DNA from: Breznakia blatticola
Lineage (GTDB): Bacteria > Bacillota_I > Bacilli_A > Erysipelotrichales > Erysipelotrichaceae
NCBI RefSeq assembly: GCF_004365815.1
Contig: NZ_SODD01000004.1
Span: 1-32,000, forward strand
Length of the DNA: 32,000 bases
Direction: 5' to 3'
Numbering within the stretch: the stretch's first letter is position 1; each line of letters opens with the position of its first letter. The position numbers and the translations under genes are program-made. A model generated the notes under the pieces. It did no database searches. It saw nothing but the letters and a program-made list of their open reading frames with translations, and was not told where the DNA came from. Shown piece after piece: positions 27,344 through 32,000 of the stretch.

Positions 27344-29074
27344 ATGAAGTTTTTATGGAAATATTTGCGAAGATATAGTTGGATACTGGTATTGAACTTT
27401 GTGGGGATTGCCGGTTTTATTATTGCGGAATTAGGAATTCCTTCTATTGTGGCGCAAATCGTAGATAAAGGAATTCGCAATCATGATGTAACGCTGATGA
27501 AAACGATGTTGCTATATTTAGTGCTAATTGCAATATGTGGGGGAGTTGGACGATTAATTCTTTCATTTTGTGGAGCTCGAATGAGTAGTTATGTCGTGCG
27601 AGATATTCGTAATGATATTTTCAAAAAGACACAAACGTATTCACCTAGAGAATACAATATGTTTGGTGTTTCAAGTATGATCACAAGAACGAATCCTGAT
27701 GCTTATATGTTGATGCAATTTACCAACATGTTAATGCGTACAGGTCTATTAACACCAGTTATGATTGTAGCTAGTTTTTTCATGGTTATTAAAACAAGTC
27801 AAAACTTAGCAATGGTCATCATTGGAAGTTTACCAATTATCATATTTTCGATTTATTTGATTGCTAAAGCAAGTGGTCCATTATCAAAGAAACAACAAAA
27901 AGAGATGGATAATTTAAATCGAATCACAAGAGAGAATATTACAGGTGTACGTGTGATTCGAGCATTTCGTAAAAATAAATATGAGGAACAACGCTTTAGC
28001 CAAACTAGTGAAGACTATACAAATGTAGCGAAGAAACTATTTAAATTGATGGCCATTGGGCAACCACTATTCTTCTTTATTTTAAATAGTGCTGGTTTGA
28101 TTATTTACTGGGTTGGATCTAACTTAATTGATGCAGGAAATCTACAAGTTGGACAATTGATGGCATTTGGAGAATACATGTTCCATGCCTTATTCTCACT
28201 TATGTTATTTTCAAATATGTTTATGATGTATCCACGTGCAAAAGTAAGTGCGGATCGTATTGAAGAAATGTTAAATGTTGAAGTAGCGATTCAAAATCCA
28301 AGCAATCCAGTATTTGAAGGAAAAGAAGATACAACACTTGTTTTTGATCAAGTGAGTTTTCAATATCCAGATGGGGAATTGCCAGTCTTACAAAATATCA
28401 GTTTTGAAGCACATAAAGGGCAAACGGTTGCATTTATTGGAAGTACGGGAAGTGGGAAAAGTACCCTTATTAATTTAATCCCGCGTTTTTATGATGTAAG
28501 TGCTGGAAATATCAAAGTGGATGGAGTCGATGTACGTAAATACGATATCAAAACACTTCGTCAAAAAATTGGTTTTATTCCGCAAAAAGCTTTGTTGTTT
28601 TCAGGAACAATCAAAGAAAATATTAAATATGGAAAACATGATGCAAGTGAAGATGAAGTTGTTGCTTCATCAAAAGTTGCGAATGCGTATGAATTCATTC
28701 AAGATAAACCACAACAATTTGAAGACTGTATTGCTGAAAGTGGAACAAATGTCTCTGGTGGTCAAAGACAAAGACTTTCCATTGCTCGTGCGGTTGTTAG
28801 AAAACCAGAAATTTATATCTTTGATGATTCCTTTTCTGCGCTTGATTTTAAAACGGATGCAGAAGTACGTAAAAACTTATTATCAGAAACAGAAGATGCA
28901 ATTACGTTAATTGTTGCACAAAGAGTTAGTTCGATTATGAATGCTGATCAAATTATCGTATTAAACAATGGAACAATTGTTGGAAAAGGAACGCATCGTG
29001 AATTATTAGAAACATGTGAAATCTATCAAGAAATCGCACGTAGTCAGTTAAGTGAAAAGGAGTTGGCACTATGA
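27344..29074 (+). CDS. ABC exporter half-transporter (TMD-NBD), degenerate-site subunit
   Basis: 576 aa. Six-helix type I exporter TMD. NBD has Walker [10 protein letters not shown] and canonical signature VSGGQRQR. Walker B is IYIFDD followed by S (catalytic Glu replaced by Asp), and the H-loop His is replaced (IVAQRVSS). Confidence 0.92.
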   Translation: MKFLWKYLRRYSWILVLNFVGIAGFIIAELGIPSIVAQIVDKGIRNHDVTLMKTMLLYLVLIAICGGVGRLILSFCGARMSSYVVRDIRNDIFKKTQTYSPREYNMFGVSSMITRTNPDAYMLMQFTNMLMRTGLLTPVMIVASFFMVIKTSQNLAMVIIGSLPIIIFSIYLIAKASGPLSKKQQKEMDNLNRITRENITGVRVIRAFRKNKYEEQRFSQTSEDYTNVAKKLFKLMAIGQPLFFFILNSAGLIIYWVGSNLIDAGNLQVGQLMAFGEYMFHALFSLMLFSNMFMMYPRAKVSADRIEEMLNVEVAIQNPSNPVFEGKEDTTLVFDQVSFQYPDGELPVLQNISFEAHKGQTVAFIGSTGSGKSTLINLIPRFYDVSAGNIKVDGVDVRKYDIKTLRQKIGFIPQKALLFSGTIKENIKYGKHDASEDEVVASSKVANAYEFIQDKPQQFEDCIAESGTNVSGGQRQRLSIARAVVRKPEIYIFDDSFSALDFKTDAEVRKNLLSETEDAITLIVAQRVSSIMNADQIIVLNNGTIVGKGTHRELLETCEIYQEIARSQLSEKELAL

Positions 29075-30822
29075 AACAATTAAAACAAATACTTAAAGAT
29101 TTAATGCCATTTATCGCTCCATTTAAAAAGTTTTTTATCTTCTCTATCTTCTTTATTGTACTTGCTTCAACGATGACCGTTGTTGCACCATATGTAGAAG
29201 GGATGATTACGACATATTTATTAAGTGTTGTTAGTAAAAATGGAGCAATCAATTTTCAATATATTTTACAGTTAATTGCAGTATTGCTTGGAATCTATAT
29301 AACTGGTTCAGGAAGTCGTATTTTATATCAATTCATTCTTACAGAAGCAATACAAAATATGATGAAAGATTTACGACAAGCAATCAATGTGAAAATCCAT
29401 AAATTACCCGTTTCGTATTTTGATAAACATACAACTGGTGATTTGATGAGTCGTATGGCTAGTGATGTGGAAACAGTAAGTAATGCACTCCAACAAAGTT
29501 TAGCCGTCTTTGTATCGAGTATTTTAATGTTGTTATTTGCAATTGGAGCGATGTATGCAATTAATGTAAAACTTGCACTAATTGTTACACTAATTCTTCC
29601 ATTCACCTTAGTATATGGAAAATTCATCGTGAAGAAATCTCAACCAAGATATCAAAACTTACAAAATGCACTTGGAGATTTAAATGGAGTTATTCAAGAG
29701 AAATACAGTGGATATAAAGAAATTATGCTATTTGATAAACAAGAGGATTCTATTGAAGAGTTCATGGCAGTAAACCAAAATCTTTGTAATCAAAGTTTTA
29801 TGTCTCAGTTTGTAAGTGGAATGCTTACTCCTGGAATTAACTTAATTACATATTTATGTATTGGGGTTGTTGTGTATTTAGGTGGTCTTGATGTATTAGC
29901 AGGAGTGATGTTAGTTGGACAACTACAAGCATTTATTCGTTACATCTGGCAAGTTTCTGATCCTCTAAACCAAATGAGTGATTTAATTCAAATCTTACAA
30001 GCTGCAGTTGCTTCATTAGTTCGTATTTTTGAAGTCTTAGATGCTACAGAAGAATTGCCAGATCATAAGCAACCAAAAACAATTGCAGATGTACATGGTT
30101 CTGTGCAAATGAAGGATGTTGCCTTTGGTTATACACCAGATACGATTTTATTGCATGATTTATCTGTTGATATTAAGTCTGGACAAATGGTAGCAATCGT
30201 TGGTCCGACAGGAGTAGGAAAAACAACACTGATCAATTTATTAATGCGCTTCTATGATGTAAATGGTGGAGCAATCTGCGTTGATGGTGTTGATATTCGT
30301 GATCTAGCACGTGATGATTTGCGTAGTATGTTTGGAATGGTTTTACAAGATACATGGCTATTTAAAGGAACGATTAAAGAAAATATTGCGTATGGAGTCG
30401 ATCATGCTACTGATGAGCAAATTGAAGAAGCTGCCAAAATTGCAAATGCACATCACTTCATTCGTACATTGCCAGATGGATACAACATGGTGATCAATGA
30501 AGAAGGAAATAATATCTCGCAAGGTGAGAAGCAGTTACTAACAATTGCACGAGCAATTGTTGCGGATCCAAAAATCATGATTCTAGATGAAGCAACTAGT
30601 TCTGTCGATACACGTTTGGAGCAAATGCTTCAAGAAGCAATGTCGAAAATCATGGAAGGAAGAACAAGTTTTGTGATTGCGCACCGTCTATCAACAATAA
30701 AAAATGCAGATGTCATTTTGGTGATGAAAGATGGAAATATTGTGGAACAAGGAAACCACGAAACACTATTAGCGAAAAAAGGATATTACGAACAATTGTA
30801 TAATGCACAATTTGCAGAGTAA
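29071..30822 (+). CDS. ABC exporter half-transporter (TMD-NBD), consensus-site subunit
   Basis: 583 aa, ATGA overlap with the upstream gene. Walker A GPTGVGKTT, Walker B IMILDEATSSVD (catalytic Glu present), H-loop IAHRLST, but a non-canonical signature ISQGEKQL. Confidence 0.92.
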   Translation: MKQLKQILKDLMPFIAPFKKFFIFSIFFIVLASTMTVVAPYVEGMITTYLLSVVSKNGAINFQYILQLIAVLLGIYITGSGSRILYQFILTEAIQNMMKDLRQAINVKIHKLPVSYFDKHTTGDLMSRMASDVETVSNALQQSLAVFVSSILMLLFAIGAMYAINVKLALIVTLILPFTLVYGKFIVKKSQPRYQNLQNALGDLNGVIQEKYSGYKEIMLFDKQEDSIEEFMAVNQNLCNQSFMSQFVSGMLTPGINLITYLCIGVVVYLGGLDVLAGVMLVGQLQAFIRYIWQVSDPLNQMSDLIQILQAAVASLVRIFEVLDATEELPDHKQPKTIADVHGSVQMKDVAFGYTPDTILLHDLSVDIKSGQMVAIVGPTGVGKTTLINLLMRFYDVNGGAICVDGVDIRDLARDDLRSMFGMVLQDTWLFKGTIKENIAYGVDHATDEQIEEAAKIANAHHFIRTLPDGYNMVINEEGNNISQGEKQLLTIARAIVADPKIMILDEATSSVDTRLEQMLQEAMSKIMEGRTSFVIAHRLSTIKNADVILVMKDGNIVEQGNHETLLAKKGYYEQLYNAQFAE

Positions 30823-30827
30823 TTCAT

Positions 30828-30859
30828 AAGGGTTTGAACATTTGTTCGAATCCTTTTTT
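30828..30859 (+). terminator. Rho-independent terminator after the ABC exporter operon
   Basis: AAGGGTTTGAAC (30828-30839), loop ATTT, GTTCGAATCCTT (30844-30855, two G-U pairs), followed by TTTT. Confidence 0.75.
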
Positions 30860-30878
30860 CTGTCATCTGATATTTCCG

Positions 30879-30907
30879 TTGACTTTGCCAGTGATTGTTG
30901 TTTAAAT
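30879..30907 (+). promoter_or_regulatory. Possible promoter for the GNAT gene
   Basis: -35 TTGACT (30879-30884), 17-bp spacer, -10 TTAAAT (30902-30907) preceded by TG at the extended -10 position. Confidence 0.35.
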
Positions 30908-30932
30908 AACTGTATGAATAGGGGAAACGCAT

Positions 30933-31436
30933 ATGATTGAAATACTTAAATGTGATACAAATGATGTAACGTTATTAGCAAGTTTAGCTAAAGAAATATG
31001 GAGTCAACATTTCTTGCCGATTATTGGACAAGAACAAGTGACGTACATGCTAGAGCATTTTCAAAATGAAGAAGCGATGACGCGTCAAATGGAAGAAGAA
31101 AACTATACATATTTCAAAATCATTGATGGCCAACCAATTGGTTATATTGCAATTGTGTTCAAAGAAGGTGAAGATGCTTTCTTAAGTAAGTTTTACTTAA
31201 AAGAAAGTGCACGTGGACAAGGATATGGTCGCTTTGCTTTAAAGTTTATTGAATTACTTGCACGCGAAAAAGGGTCAACTGGAATTTGGTTAACATGCAA
31301 TAAAGATAATGAACTTACAATTGCTAAATATAAGAAAATGGGATTTGAAATCTTTGAAGAAGCAGTAAATGACATCGGTAATGGTTTTGTTATGGATGAT
31401 TATTACATGCGAAAAGATATTATTAGAAAAGCGTAA
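30933..31436 (+). CDS. GNAT family N-acetyltransferase
   Basis: 167 aa. Acetyl-CoA binding motif RGQGYGRFAL, conserved beta-bulge region IGYIAIVF, C-terminal KKMGFEI. RBS AGGGGAAA upstream. Confidence 0.85.
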   Translation: MIEILKCDTNDVTLLASLAKEIWSQHFLPIIGQEQVTYMLEHFQNEEAMTRQMEEENYTYFKIIDGQPIGYIAIVFKEGEDAFLSKFYLKESARGQGYGRFALKFIELLAREKGSTGIWLTCNKDNELTIAKYKKMGFEIFEEAVNDIGNGFVMDDYYMRKDIIRKA

Positions 31437-31463
31437 AATACTTCTTGATGAAGTATTTTTTTT
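31435..31463 (+). terminator. Rho-independent terminator after the GNAT gene
   Basis: AAATACTTC (31436-31444), loop TTGAT, GAAGTATTT (31450-31458), followed by a T run. Confidence 0.7.
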
Positions 31464-31489
31464 ACATGATTCATGTATGAAAGTATAGT
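31461..31489 (+). promoter_or_regulatory. Sigma-A promoter for the Y-family polymerase gene, overlapped by two palindromes
   Basis: -35 TTTACA (31461-31466), 17-bp spacer, -10 TATAGT (31484-31489). Palindromes TACATGA-T-TCATGTA (31463-31477) and TATAGT-AA-ACTATA (31484-31497). Confidence 0.5.
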
Positions 31490-31525
31490 AAACTATAGTT
31501 ATAGAAAACTGTGAAAGGAGCTAGA

Positions 31526-32000
31526 ATGAATCATACATATATTGCAATCGACTTAAAATCATTCTACGCTTCGGTAGAATGTAAAGAACGCAATTTAAAT
31601 CCACTAACAACGAATTTAGTTGTGGCAGACAATAGTCGTACGCAAAAGACCATTTGTTTGGCAGTATCACCATCATTAAAAGCATATGGAGTACCTGGTA
31701 GACCACGTTTGTTTGAGGTACAAAAAATAATACGTGAAGTTAATCAAGAACGAATTAAGAAAGCGACAAATCGTACATTTATCGATGATAGTTATGATGC
31801 ACAGTTTTTAGCTACACATCCAGAATACGAGGTGGATTTTATTGTAGCACCACCACAGATGGCAAAATACATTGAAATCAGTTCACAAATTTATGAAGTG
31901 TATTTGACGTATGTGTCAAAAGAAGATATTCATGTATATTCCATTGATGAAGTTTTCATTGATGTAACACCATACTTAGATACATATAAAATGAGTGCAC
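31526..32000 (+). CDS. Y-family DNA polymerase (UmuC/DinB/ImpB-like), 5' partial, continues beyond the window
   Basis: Not in the ORF track because no stop is reached. ATG 31526 has AAAGGAG 5 nt upstream. My translation reads MNHTYIAIDLKSFYASVECKERNLNPLTTNLVVADNSRTQKTICLAVSPSLKAYGVPGRPRLFE...IHVYSIDEVFIDVTPYL. It carries the Y-family catalytic motifs (IDLKSFYASVE and SIDEVFIDVT). Confidence 0.85.
   Translation, partial: MNHTYIAIDLKSFYASVECKERNLNPLTTNLVVADNSRTQKTICLAVSPSLKAYGVPGRPRLFEVQKIIREVNQERIKKATNRTFIDDSYDAQFLATHPEYEVDFIVAPPQMAKYIEISSQIYEVYLTYVSKEDIHVYSIDEVFIDVTPYLDTYKMSA

Noticed and set aside
30823-31436. GNAT acetyltransferase as the toxin of a GNAT/RHH-type toxin-antitoxin pair.
   Set aside because: There is no small upstream or downstream antitoxin ORF. 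The 110-nt upstream region holds a terminator and a promoter only. The gene is monocistronic between two terminators.
13245-31525. Genomic island or mobile element boundaries around the accessory half of the window.
   Set aside because: I found no integrase, transposase, recombinase or tRNA attachment site, no long direct or inverted terminal repeats, and no obvious compositional break. The accessory genes appear to be ordinary chromosomal operons separated by terminators.

Overview
This is a gene-dense, low-GC, Bacillota-type chromosomal segment with 27 protein-coding genes (the last runs off the window). I found no rRNA, tRNA, CRISPR array, transposase, integrase, or recognisable phage-defence or toxin-antitoxin module. 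Positions 1-13.3 kb are a conserved housekeeping block: glyQS, dnaG-sigA-trmK, phoH, comEA-comEC-holA, rpsT (minus strand), fmt, a small ECF-type S component and lepA. The order mirrors the B. subtilis dnaG/sigA and comE/holA/rpsT/lepA neighbourhoods, but the sporulation genes between rpsT and lepA are missing. That suggests a non-sporulating lineage (inference only). The remaining ~19 kb is accessory-like. It holds a compact rhaBAD rhamnose operon and an opine-dehydrogenase-family gene downstream of a TetR gene. The TetR gene is divergent from a MacB/FtsX-type ABC transporter whose 957-aa permease has a ~160-aa Gln-rich coiled-coil insertion. Next come a translationally coupled FHA-domain::SEDS (RodA/FtsW) fusion plus class B PBP, and an AraC-GyrI regulator convergent with a MerR-GyrI (BmrR-like) regulator. 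The MerR-GyrI gene is divergent from a heterodimeric ABC exporter with one degenerate ATP site. The window ends with a GNAT acetyltransferase and the 5' part of a Y-family DNA polymerase. I do not see a clear novel system. The best second-look candidates are the FHA-SEDS/bPBP pair, the coiled-coil FtsX permease with its TetR/opine-dehydrogenase partner locus, and the well-defined MerR-type and TetR-type control regions. All calls rest on reading the translated ORFs and the DNA by eye; no database search was run.
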